DNA from: Octopus sinensis
Lineage: Eukaryota
DNA length: 64,000 bases
Assembly: GCF_006345805.1 (NCBI RefSeq)
Contig: NC_043003.1
Location: forward strand, 79,050,001 to 79,114,000
Direction of reading: 5' to 3'
A program made the translations under genes and the position numbers. The notes beneath the pieces are model-generated. The model had not been told where the DNA came from. It saw only the letters and a program-made list of their open reading frames with translations, and did no database searches. This document shows positions 53,286 through 64,000 of this stretch, in pieces (within the stretch, counting starts at the first letter, position 1; each line of letters begins with the position of its first letter).

Positions 53286-53756
53286 GGCAGAGTTTATGAT
53301 CATTTTTTCAGGATGTTTGTGTCCTAGTTGCGATATGCCTCAATGATTCTGAGAGCTATGCCAACGGAGTGTAAGCTCCCCGATAGAGCCTACAGAAACA
53401 TCGATAACAATTCCAAAAGCAACTTAACCAGGAAGAGGAAGGAAGGCCTTCCCTCATTGAAACAAAAGACGCTGCAAGAAAGCAAGGATCCAACTGGAAA
53501 GAAGCAGAAAAAAAAAACACGAGTTAAGAACAGGGGAGATAAGTCGTCGATGGTTGATGCTCCACAGTGAGCGAAGGCGTTAAGTAAGTGGTGAGAGGAA
53601 GAGAGGAAATTAACTCTAGACTGGAACCTTTGTTGCGGCTTGCAAAGGGACCGAGTTTCCAGGGCTTTTAGGGAGGGTAACCCTGTTTACAATAGAGTAA
53701 ATTCCACTAAAACCACCAAGATGTTGGCTTTAAATAGGGTAATTTATTAACCCTTC

Positions 53757-54492
53757 CACCCAAATTAAATATTAGTTTCAAGTTTTGGCACAAGGATAAC
53801 AATTTTGGTAGAGCGGGTAAGTTGATTACGTTGACCCCGGTGTTCAACTGGTCCTTAATTTATCGATCTCAAAAGGATGGAAGGCAAAGTCGACCTCGGC
53901 GGAATTTGAACTCAGAACAAAGACAGAAGAAAGGCCACTAAACTTTTTGCCCGGCGTGCTAACGATTCTGCCAGCTCACTGCTTTAACACCTAAATCAAA
54001 TATTAGTTTCAAATTTGGCACAGGGCCAGTAATTTGATAGGATGAGGTAGTCTGATTTACGTCTTCCCCAGTGATCAACGGGTACTTATTTTATCGACCT
54101 CCGAAACGATGAAAGGCAAAGTCGACCTCGACGGAATTTGAACTCGGAAAGAAAAGACGGACGAAATGCCGTTAAGTATTTTGCCCGGCGTGCTAACGAT
54201 TCTACCAGCTCACCGCCTTAACACCCAAATTGAATATTTATATTTCTTTACTACCCACAAGGGGCTAAACACAGAGGGGACAAACAAGGACAGACAAAGG
54301 GATTAAGTCGATTATATCGACACCAGTGCGTAACTGGTACTTAATTTATCGACCCCGAAAGGATGAAAGGCAAAGTCGACCTCGACGGAATTTGAACTCA
54401 GAACGTAACGGCAGACGAAATACTGCTAAGCATTTTGCCCGGCGTGCTAACGATTCTACCAGCTCGCCGCCTTAACACCCAAATTAAATATT
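53757..54492 (-). mobile_element. Three SINE D copies separated by four copies of a ~17-bp spacer
   Basis: cacccaaattaaatatt-like at about 53757, 53988, 54222 and 54476. Confidence 0.88.
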
Positions 54493-54780
54493 GCCAGGCG
54501 TTTAAGTTCAACTAGCTATAATTTCGCGTCTGCCATAACAACCACTACCACCGACACCACTATTAATACCACCATTACCACCACCACCACCACCACCACC
54601 ACCGCCATCGGCCTACATCTTATGTACATTTACAGATGTTAAAACACTAGACACTGCAATGTACAAACAACTCTGAGAAAGTATTATTATTTGGCATTTG
54701 GAAAATGAGAAGAAGAAAAAAAAACCCTTCCAAACCTTATTTTATATGTGCCTACATGCATATTCCAACACATACACACA

Positions 54781-54811
<31 letters not shown>

Positions 54812-55163
54812 CACATTTACATACATACATTCACATACACACTAACGCAAGCTCAGACACATACACTTAATGCGTAGGTATTACGTAATTAACAGTTGAG
54901 TGCTTCTATCAAAGTTATTACTCGTTAAACTTCATATACTTGTCACAGATGGTTGTTTAACAGCTGCTGTCAAATGTCACATTATCTCGCCGTTAATTCA
55001 TTAAACTTTAGTCACACCCAATAAAAATTCCTGTTTATATATATCTTTTATTTGATTTCTTACAAACTTTCAAAACTACTTTATTGCATTCCTTTCACAG
55101 ATGTTCTTAGATCTCGCCAGAACTCAATTACCATATTGCATATATATATATATACATACATAT

Positions 55164-55196
<33 letters not shown>

Positions 55197-55268
55197 TAAT
55201 AATATTATATATATATATATATATAAATACATATATTATATATTATATATATATAGATAATATATATA

Positions 55269-55299
<31 letters not shown>

Positions 55300-55307
55300 A
55301 TATATAA

Positions 55308-55350
<43 letters not shown>

Positions 55351-55738
55351 TATATAATATATATGTGTATATATATATATATAATCTATATATATGTATG
55401 ATATCTATATATATATGTGTGTGTTGCGTGCGATATATATATATATATAGATATATATATATATGCATATATGTATATATATGTATATATATAACACATG
55501 TATATATCGTATATGTGTTGTACATAGAATGTGTATAATGTATACAATCACATAGATATATGATATATGCACACATATGAACATAGATCTTTACACACAC
55601 TTAAATTCATACACACACAAATACAGACACACAGACAGAAAAACCGACGGGCGCACACATTTTATTTTTCTAATTATAATATGAAATGTAAATTCTGCGC
55701 TACGCATGGCGTGCTTCGTATCTGTGCGTCTATGCATG

Positions 55739-55788
<50 letters not shown>

Positions 55789-55999
55789 TGTGCGTGCGTG
55801 CGTGCGTGCATGTGCAGTTCATACTCACTCGTTTACATATATTAAGCACATCACATTAATTTACCAAATTGGATTTCGACTTAAGCATTAACCATTTAGT
55901 AGAGCGCAAGTTTGTTTTCCATTAATGTTCCATTTATCCTAATCGACAAATTTTTGAAATTATCGACTCCATCATTGTAAGTCATCGTGTAAATAATAA

Positions 56000-56800
56000 T
56001 AGTTTCAAATTTTGGTACAAGGCTAGTAATTTCAGGGAGAGAGATAGTCTATTTTATCGACTCTTATGTTTAATTGGTACTTATTTTATCGAACCCTAGA
56101 GGATAAAAGGCAAAGAACACCTTGGCGGAATTTGAACTCAGAATGTAAAGACGGACGAAATGCCGCTAAGCATTTCGCCTAGAAGCTAACGTTTCTTATT
56201 TCTTTATTGCCCACAAGGGGCTAAACGTAGAGGGGACAAACAAGGACAGACAAAAGGATTAAGCCGATTACATCGACGCCAGTGCGTAACTGGTACTTAA
56301 TTTATCGACCCCGAAAGGATGAAAGGCAAAGTCGACCTCGGCGGAATTTGAACTCAGAACGTAGCGGCACACGAAATACCTATTTCTTTATTGCCCACAG
56401 GGAGCTAAACATAGAGGGGACAAACACGGACAGACATAGGTATTAAGTCGATTACATCGACGCCAGTGACAACTGGTACTTAATTTATCGACCTCGAAAG
56501 GATGAAAGGCAAAGTCGACCTCGGCGGAATTTGAACTCACGACGTAACGGCAGACGAAATACCGCTAAGCATTTCGCTCGTTCGCCTGGCGTACTAACGT
56601 TTCTGCCAGTTCGCGCTTTTGTAGTAATAATAATATTTTTCTATTATAGCCTTAAGGGCTGAAATTTCGGGTGAGTCGGTTAATCGAGTACATCGATCTC
56701 AGTACTCAACTGGTACTTATTTCATCGGCCCTGAAAGTATGAAAGGCAAAGCCAACCTCGGCGGAATCTAAACACGGAATGGTAAAATCGGAAGAAATGC
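56000..56800 (-). mobile_element. SINE D trimer (56000-56617) plus a degenerate copy (56650-56800)
   Basis: Junctions at 56195/56196 and 56380/56381. Confidence 0.85.
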
Positions 56801-56949
56801 CGCTAGACATTTTACGATCAAACGATTGCATCAGTACGAAGCCGACGACGACGACGACGACGATGATGATGATGACGATGATGATGATGATGACAATGAT
56901 GATGATGGCGATGATGATGATGATGAGGAGGAGGAGGAGGAGGAGGAGG

Positions 56950-59030
56950 AGGATCTCGTTGTGGACCACAAGGGCTATAAAAAAAGGATCGAGCACGGCA
57001 CAGGATCATGCCAGTAGAGATTATATGGAAAAAAAAACTGTAAACAGGATAATCGAAACAAAAATGAAAAAAGAATTCAAAGAAAAGTTACTCAGAAGGG
57101 AGATGGCCTCCAAATGCTAATTATGAAAAACCCTCAACACTCCATATACACCCGATCACCAAGGTAAGTGCCCTCTCCAAGCTCTCCTCCGCCTATCGCT
57201 CACTCGGACCGGGTTCGCGACTCTTATTCACTTGTCTAAAAAATTTGCTGAGAGACAGCACTTGCCTCTCTATCTTCACTTTCTTTTTCAAGTGGAACTT
57301 GTGAAAATTGGTAACGGCTTGGCTAAAGAGGCAAGTGTCTACCCTTAGCCCTTTCATTTATCACATAACCTCTTTCGTTTGGGCCACCGGATAGATAAAA
57401 ACTGTTTGTCCTTCCCTGCTAAAGGAAGAAGGCGGGATGATATTTACAATAGGCTCAGATGATAGCAGGATCCGTCCTCTACGTGATAGCAGTTGTTCGA
57501 CATAATTCCACGATTCAGCAATGCTCATGCACTGAACGAATGCTCGCAAAACTGTTTCGTTGCACTACTAGCATTCCATAATGGTGATAGTAGTGATGGT
57601 GGTGATTGTGGTAGAAATGGTGTTGGTATTGTACTGTGGAGTTTTCACCTTTTCTTCAAATCTCCAACGACAGATTTGTTTTATCCTTTTTTTCTTTTTC
57701 TCTCCCTTGTTACGTTGACAGTTTCCCCACTGTTCCTCTCGTTGTGGAAGGGGTACGTCTCACGGCGTTGTGTTTGAGTTAGGGGACCCTGTCGTTTATA
57801 TAGGTGATCTTATCCTTGCTGCTGCTGTTGCTATTGTAATTACAGTCTCTGTGTCCTCTGTTTGTCTTACTGGTGCACGTGTCTCTGTCTCCTTAGCTGT
57901 TGGTGCACTCACGGCTGTGGAAGATGCCCGCTATTGTTGTTGTTGTTGTCACTGCAGCACCAACAATAGCGAGTCAGCAAAAGTGGGGTATCCTCCCACT
58001 TTTGGGCCCCACATATGTAGCATCCCGATTTTCTGCCTTCGATAGAAGGAAGGCTGCCGTCCGGTAAGTGAATTAAGTCGGAGATAGCTTCGATCTGCTT
58101 TTGATTGGTTTGAATTAGAAGCTCCATTTTTACCACTTTCTTCTGCACATACAGGACACCTCCAAAATTGTGACTTGCTCTTCCATTTCGGCTAAGACGG
58201 CCGCCACTACTCTAGCGAAGGTTATTTCAAATGGCATATCTATGACTCTCACCTTTATCCAACGTTGACTGAGGTGAGACGGAGCAAGTAGTAACTCCTC
58301 CTTTCCTACCGGTGCCGTGGAGTACTACTTTCTTTGCCCCATCTTGCCTCAGGTCCTCGATACCATAGTGTTATGTTCGGGAGATGTGAGTAATGTGACC
58401 CTACACTAGCCCCAACCATTTCTTTAAAATATGAACCTCACTTACTCCCTCTATTTTCTTTGATTTTGCACAAATGTAGCGCTATGTTTGTCGTTTAATC
58501 CAGGATTGTACGTTAGAATTTCTTTTAAATGTTTTACATTTAAAAGAAATTCTGCATTTTACATTTATCTTCAGCGCTAACAGAGGACTCGCCCAGTTTT
58601 TGCAGCTGCTTGGCAGTACATCCTGTTGAGATTGTTGTTGCTATTGTGTTGTTGTTGTTGCTGTTACTGCCTTCGGTTGCGATTGAACTGGAGACGGTGT
58701 TGGTGGTGGAGTTACTTGCTCTATTACTTGTTTTTAAACTCGTGGTATCGGATTAAAGTGGCGGTGATGGTATCGGTGCTGTTGCACTTTCATTCTGTGC
58801 TATTTAGTTCTTACTATTTTTTTCTTTTACTATTTCCACATGTTGCAGCAGCTTCGGCGGTGTTGATAGTGACCGTGCTTTGGTTAGCAGATGTGCTATG
58901 CAGGAAGGAAGTACTGAAGACGGCAGCGGATATGACATCATTCTTACCCCATGACGTACTTCCAACAGCATTTCTCGATTCCAGCTTTTTTGGCCTACGG
59001 AAAAGAAGCGTTTAAAATGCAAATATTGCC
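56950..59030 (-). mobile_element. Decayed L1/Tx1-like element: ORF1-like region joined almost directly to ORF2 C-terminal zinc finger and 3' UTR
   Basis: ORF1-like WIKVRVIDMPFEI-VVAAVLAEMEEQVTILE-IEGRKSGCYICG (about 58270-58000); ORF2 end C**CNETVLRAFVQC-WNYVEQLLS-KEVM-FHKFHLKKKVKIERQVLS (about 57590-57230); (TCC/ATC)n tail; 5' boundary uncertain. Confidence 0.7.
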
Positions 59031-59391
59031 CCGAAGGACGCTAGTCTTGACCTTTGGTTGTTTGACAAATACACAGTGGTATTTACTTTTGGTTCGTTAA
59101 CCAATACATCGAAGTTGTGGCCCATAATTGGTTGACCAGTGCACTCAGACATTTAGTTTTGATTGCTTGACCAATATATTGATGTGTTGAGCTTTGGTTG
59201 GGTAACCAATACCTTCTTTAGGTCTCGTTTTAGTGTATTATGTTCAAAATAGATCTATTTCGAAATGAAGTCTTTACAAATATTGACACGTAACTTTAGA
59301 ACATTTCACAGGTTTATAAAAGATGGATATAGCTGACTAAATCGAGTTCCGTCAAATACTTGCATTTATTCACCGACAACTTCTTTATACG

Positions 59392-59619
59392 TACCGTATT
59401 TTCCAGCATACCCGTCAAATTTTTCAGGCCGAAATTTACAACCAAGAAAGGTAAGTCGCCTTATTCTCCGAGGCGATTTTGGAGGACTAAAAATTCCATG
59501 CGAAATGCAGCAGGTCTTGGAAAAGCAGAGACGAACATCTTATTATTTTTAATGTTTAATGTTTACTCAACATGTTTTTTTCTATAGACTGCGTCGATTT
59601 CTATGCTGGAATATATGAT
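59392..59619. mobile_element. Small MITE with taccgtattttcc-type TIR (Tc2/pogo-like)
   Basis: taccgtattttccagcata versus tatgctggaatatatgata. Confidence 0.55.
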
Positions 59620-61723
59620 AAGAATTAAACAGTAAAGTCAGCTCCAGCGGGATATGAGTTCAGAGTATTAATGTCTTTACTGACTACTGATAAGGTAATT
59701 AATCCGACACCTTGATGGTTTCCTGGTTTAATCCAACATGGAACGACATGCCTAAAATCCTCTTGCAACCGCTGCAGGAAATGAAGGAACAAACTGAGAC
59801 TCAGGTGTGACTACAGTTGAAAATCACATTACTGTCATCAAACTAGAGACCTGATCTAAATGTTTTCAACAGTGGAAAACTCCTCTAAAGGTACCCAAGG
59901 ATCAGATGGTAGGGTTTCAAATCGGGCGGTGGATTAATTCTAAGACACTAACTGATTCCCCTAAAGGCGCCTAAGGACCAGGGAACGGTGTTTAACCGTC
60001 GGCATACTAAGTATTCCAACACTGCCTCTAATGTTGTTAGTAATACTGAAACATAAACATACAAATAAATCTATTTTTTCTTTCCTTCTTCCTTTTTATG
60101 TTTATATTTATGTTTATATTTCCAAAGTTATCTTGTTTCAAGCTGACAGTTACAATATTGAAGTTTTCTTGTTCAGATAATAAATACTATAGGTATAAAG
60201 CAATTAAAAAAAAAATTCAAACCTTGACAAAAGGGTTGTATGCAAATTTGTTTTCTATGAAACCAAATTCCTGCACAATTTTCATAGAGATGAAATAACA
60301 CGGAATGAATTGCAACAATAACATATTTCAAGGAAATAAGAAAAAAAATCAATTGAATTTTCGAAGAAGTGTTTATTGTTATTGTTATTATTATTATTGT
60401 TTTTGTTGTTGTTACTGATATTTTTATTATTTGTTGATAACACAATTCAAACCGTATAGAATGAGATCTCATTGAGAATTATCCAAATATCAGACAAAAT
60501 TAAGTTAGAAGAGATGAAGGAGACACATATGGCATTGATTTCCAATATTTTCATAATTTGGTACGCTATATTTCATCATCATCCCACACATTGTAAACCA
60601 TATTGTACGGAATATTCTTTTGATATTAGAAATATATTCGCTATTGTAGCTCAGCTGCAGAAATTATTATCTATCGATATTTCAAGAGAAATGTGAGAAG
60701 TAATTTTTTTTTTTTTTTTTTCTCATGAATTCTAGTTGAAACATTTCGAAAGAATCACATACAGTCTTACAATAGATGTTATTTTTATTGCCATATTTTA
60801 TATTCTACTCACGTATAAATTAAATAAATGACCTCCCCCACCCTCCCCAATCACCGCCACTGCCCTCTGTTTATATGTATATTTCTTTCATTAAAAGAAA
60901 CATCTGCTTTTGGTTGCAGGATAACCTTTTCTTCATTCGTATCGAATTCTCTCGTGGCGTAATGAGTATGGAGTGGGTTCAAATACCTTCGTTAAATAGT
61001 GATGCAATAATCCCAGTTTTCTTTTTAATCTTGACGGGGACTCCCAGAGTGTTTTTTGAAGAAGAGAGGAAGTTAATCTCGATCCGGAGACCTTGTCTGA
61101 ATGCTTACAACAGTGAAGACAACAAAAAACAGCCGAGGCCCCGAAGCTGGTGGTGTTAAGAAGGTAGACGGGTCAGATCTGAGAGCTAAGAACAAATCAT
61201 ATCACGTCCTATTTAGTACTATAAGAAATGCTTCTTATTTCTTAAACAACTAAAAGATTGAAACTTATTCTTGTTTCCAATCTTAATCTGATAGTAATGG
61301 CGATGCTCCAGCATGGCCACAGATGATGCCATAAAAGAATTTTACATCTAATTTATAAGTATTTCTGAAGCTATTGGCTTTTCAGAATCTTTGAGCCACA
61401 ACTCAAAACCAATCTCCACAGTCATCTTCTTGCTAAAATTCTTCCACCGTCTGAATTGATGTATTCAACCCTAGGCTAACAAGCTATAGATGATTCAACT
61501 GCCGCAGTAAAATATTTGGACTTTTATTTAGACTGGTATAGCTTTTTATTGAAGGACGATAGTGTTAGACATAACCACGTCGATTTCAGCAGCATTGAAG
61601 GATCAGCGACGGCTATAAGCACAGCCATTCCACTAAGCTAAGCCATATAAAAACAGAAGATTGGAGAAATAGTGATATTTCAGAATACCGTCATCTCAGG
61701 TAGAATGAGCAGCAGATAAATAA

Positions 61724-62234
61724 TCTCTATATATATAAAGCTGAAGCTGTCTGTGTATGGCAGGTTTGATAGCCTTCTACTAAATACTATCTCCTCCGAG
61801 ACCCTGCGGCGCAAGTTGACCAAAATTGAGAGTATGATAGAAGAAGGCTTGCTCTTCCTTCTGTAGAAGAAACAATTCAAATCCGACCATGTTAACACCA
61901 ATAATTATTTACATCAAAAAGGTGCTTTTTTTCTATGAAAATCCCTATTTATACGATTTTTTGACTGCTGTGTTGCCATTTTTCGGTGTATTTCAACCGA
62001 AATTTTTGGAGAGGGGCCAGTCGATTAGATCGCCCCCAGTACGCAATTGGTACTTAACTTATCGACCCCGAAAGGATGAAAGGCAAAGTCGACCTCGGCG
62101 GAATTTGAGCTCAGAACGTAACGGCAGACGAAATTCACTTAAAGAGAATAACAAGCTACATAATGCAAAATTTTTAAAAATTCCAAATCTAAAGGGTCGA
62201 AAAAAAACCGAGTAACGCCGGGCGATACTGCTAG
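61724..62234 (+). mobile_element. Non-autonomous Helitron
   Basis: A|TC(tc)tatatatataaag 5' end; gtaacgccgggcgatac hairpin then CTAG|T 3' end; no TSD. Confidence 0.75.
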
Positions 62235-62334
62235 TATTTTATATTACTATACGATGTTATCACTTAGAGATCATATATGCTCTAATCCTATTTCTCTATA
62301 TTTAAATATATTTTGTACAATCGGTTTTTAATAA

Positions 62335-62800
62335 ATAAGGTGTGCTGAAAACAATATAGCACTGAACATTAAGAAGACTAAAGAATTATTTGTGAACTAC
62401 AGGAAGTTGAGGTGTTCTCATATATCATTATTTTTCATTAATGTGAGAGGGGTGGAAAAGCTTCACTTCTTGATGTCCTTGATTAACCACATCAGATAAT
62501 ATTTTTCTTGGTCATTCAAGCCAGAAGAATGTCCGCACTATCATAGGAATTTAGCGAAAGTAAGAATTACTTTGCAGATTCTTAACAACCTCTATAGGTG
62601 AAAGAATACTGATTTATTATTTTTCAGTTTTCTAGTAACTCGGAGTTTCTCATGAAAGAAATGCTTTCCATGAGAAAAAATATTGTAAAGACTGAAAAAG
62701 TGAGTAAACAGATTGTTATGTATCACTCAGTTTAACACCACATTCCGATCTCTAGATACCTTCAACGGGCTTAACATCTCACTCTGTTGAAGATTACCAC
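62335..62800 (+). mobile_element. Decayed Rex1/L2-group LINE RT 3' fragment
   Basis: RCAENNIALNIKKTKELFVNYRK resembles WCxxNxLxLNxxKTKExxVDFR. Confidence 0.55.
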
Positions 62801-63049
62801 CTGCTATTTGAGGGCAATTTGTAGGTTTAACGAATCGCCCAGTTTAATGCCATTTAGTATTCGAGTGCAATGAGTGGAGTTCCTTCTGTAACAGACATTA
62901 AAACCAGACAACTCTTACTGCAGCTATTGGACTACAGATGTTACTCAGTTATGTTAATACCATCAGCTGGGGGTTGTCGGAGTAGAGTCTAAGATTTTAC
63001 CCTACCCTGATAAATTTGTTAAACATTATAGCAGTGAAAGTAATAATTT

Positions 63050-63257
63050 CATCTTTTATTTTTTACTTGTTTCATTCATTAGACTGCGGTCATGCTGGAG
63101 CACCACCTTGAAGGATTTTAGACGATTGAATCGATCCCAATACTTATTTTTTAATGCCTGGTACTTATTCTATCCGTCTCTTTTGCCGATCCGTTAAATT
63201 ACAGGGACGTAAACACACCAACACCAGTGCTCAAGCCGTGGTAGGGGCCAAACACAC

Positions 63258-63300
<43 letters not shown>

Positions 63301-63470
63301 CACACACACCACGACGGGTTTCTTTCAGCTTCCATCTACCAACTTCACTCACAAGGCTTTAGTCAATCTGTGGCTATAGTAGGAGACACTTACCCAAGGT
63401 ACCACGCAGCGAAACTGAACCCAGAACTATGTGGCTGAGAAGCAAACTTCTTAATTCACAACCACGCTGC
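63050..63470 (-). mobile_element. SINE family A, full length, diverged
   Basis: Consensus match. Confidence 0.85.
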
Positions 63471-63479
63471 GCCTGAGTA

Positions 63480-63928
63480 AGAAAGGCGGAAGAAATGCTT
63501 CTAAGCATTTTGCCCAGCAAGCTAACAATTCTTTTCTACTCTAGGCGCAAGACCCGAAATTTTTGGAGAGGGGCCAGTCGATTAGATCGCCCCCAGTACG
63601 CAATTGGTACTTAACTTATCGACCCCGAAAGGATGAAAGGCAAAGTCGACCTCGGCGGAATTTGAACTCAGCACGTAAAGACAGACGAAATACCTATTTC
63701 TTTACTACCCACAAGGGGTTAAACACATAAAGGACAAACAAGGACAGACAAAAGGATTAAGTCGATTATATCGACACCAGTGCGTAACTGGTACTTAACT
63801 TATCGACCCCGAAAGGATGAAAGGCAAAGTCGACTTCGGCGGAATTTGAACTCAGAACGTAACGGCAGACGAAATATGGCTACGCATTTCGCCCGGCGTG
63901 CTAACGTTTCTGCCAGCTCGCTGCCCTC
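63480..63928 (-). mobile_element. SINE D multimer
   Basis: Junctions at 63694/63695 and about 63530; followed by (AAT)n. Confidence 0.88.
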
Positions 63929-63998
<70 letters not shown>

Positions 63999-64000
63999 TG

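Noticed and set aside
60875-61159. ORF after a good acceptor (ttttggttgcag|GATAAC), and other small exon-like pieces at 60140-60700 and 41400-41680
   Set aside because: No recognisable protein or convincing splice pairs; chance level in AT-rich DNA without RNA data.

Overview
AT-rich, repeat-saturated eukaryotic DNA. The SINE families and microsatellite density match what I remember of an octopus genome; this is pattern recognition, not a database result. I can support no intact host protein-coding gene: most ORF-track entries are microsatellite or SINE translations. The window holds (i) dozens of tRNA-headed SINEs, which I label families A-E; (ii) decayed LINE fragments (L1/Tx1, RTE, RTE-X, HERO/RLE, Rex1/L2); (iii) two Penelope-like elements (PLE); (iv) Tc1/mariner, hAT and Helitron relics; (v) one tRNA-Arg(CCT) with imperfect stems. 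Most notable: four hammerhead-ribozyme-like motifs, three within 2 kb around a PLE, two of which share a U4C core variant; SINE arrays that reuse one ~17-bp target repeatedly; SINE multimers with fixed junctions; a SINE tail shared with L1/Tx1 3' ends; an L1/Tx1 lacking EN and RT; and a 154-bp inverted duplication 15 kb apart. Element boundaries were read by eye and are approximate unless a TSD or TIR is quoted.
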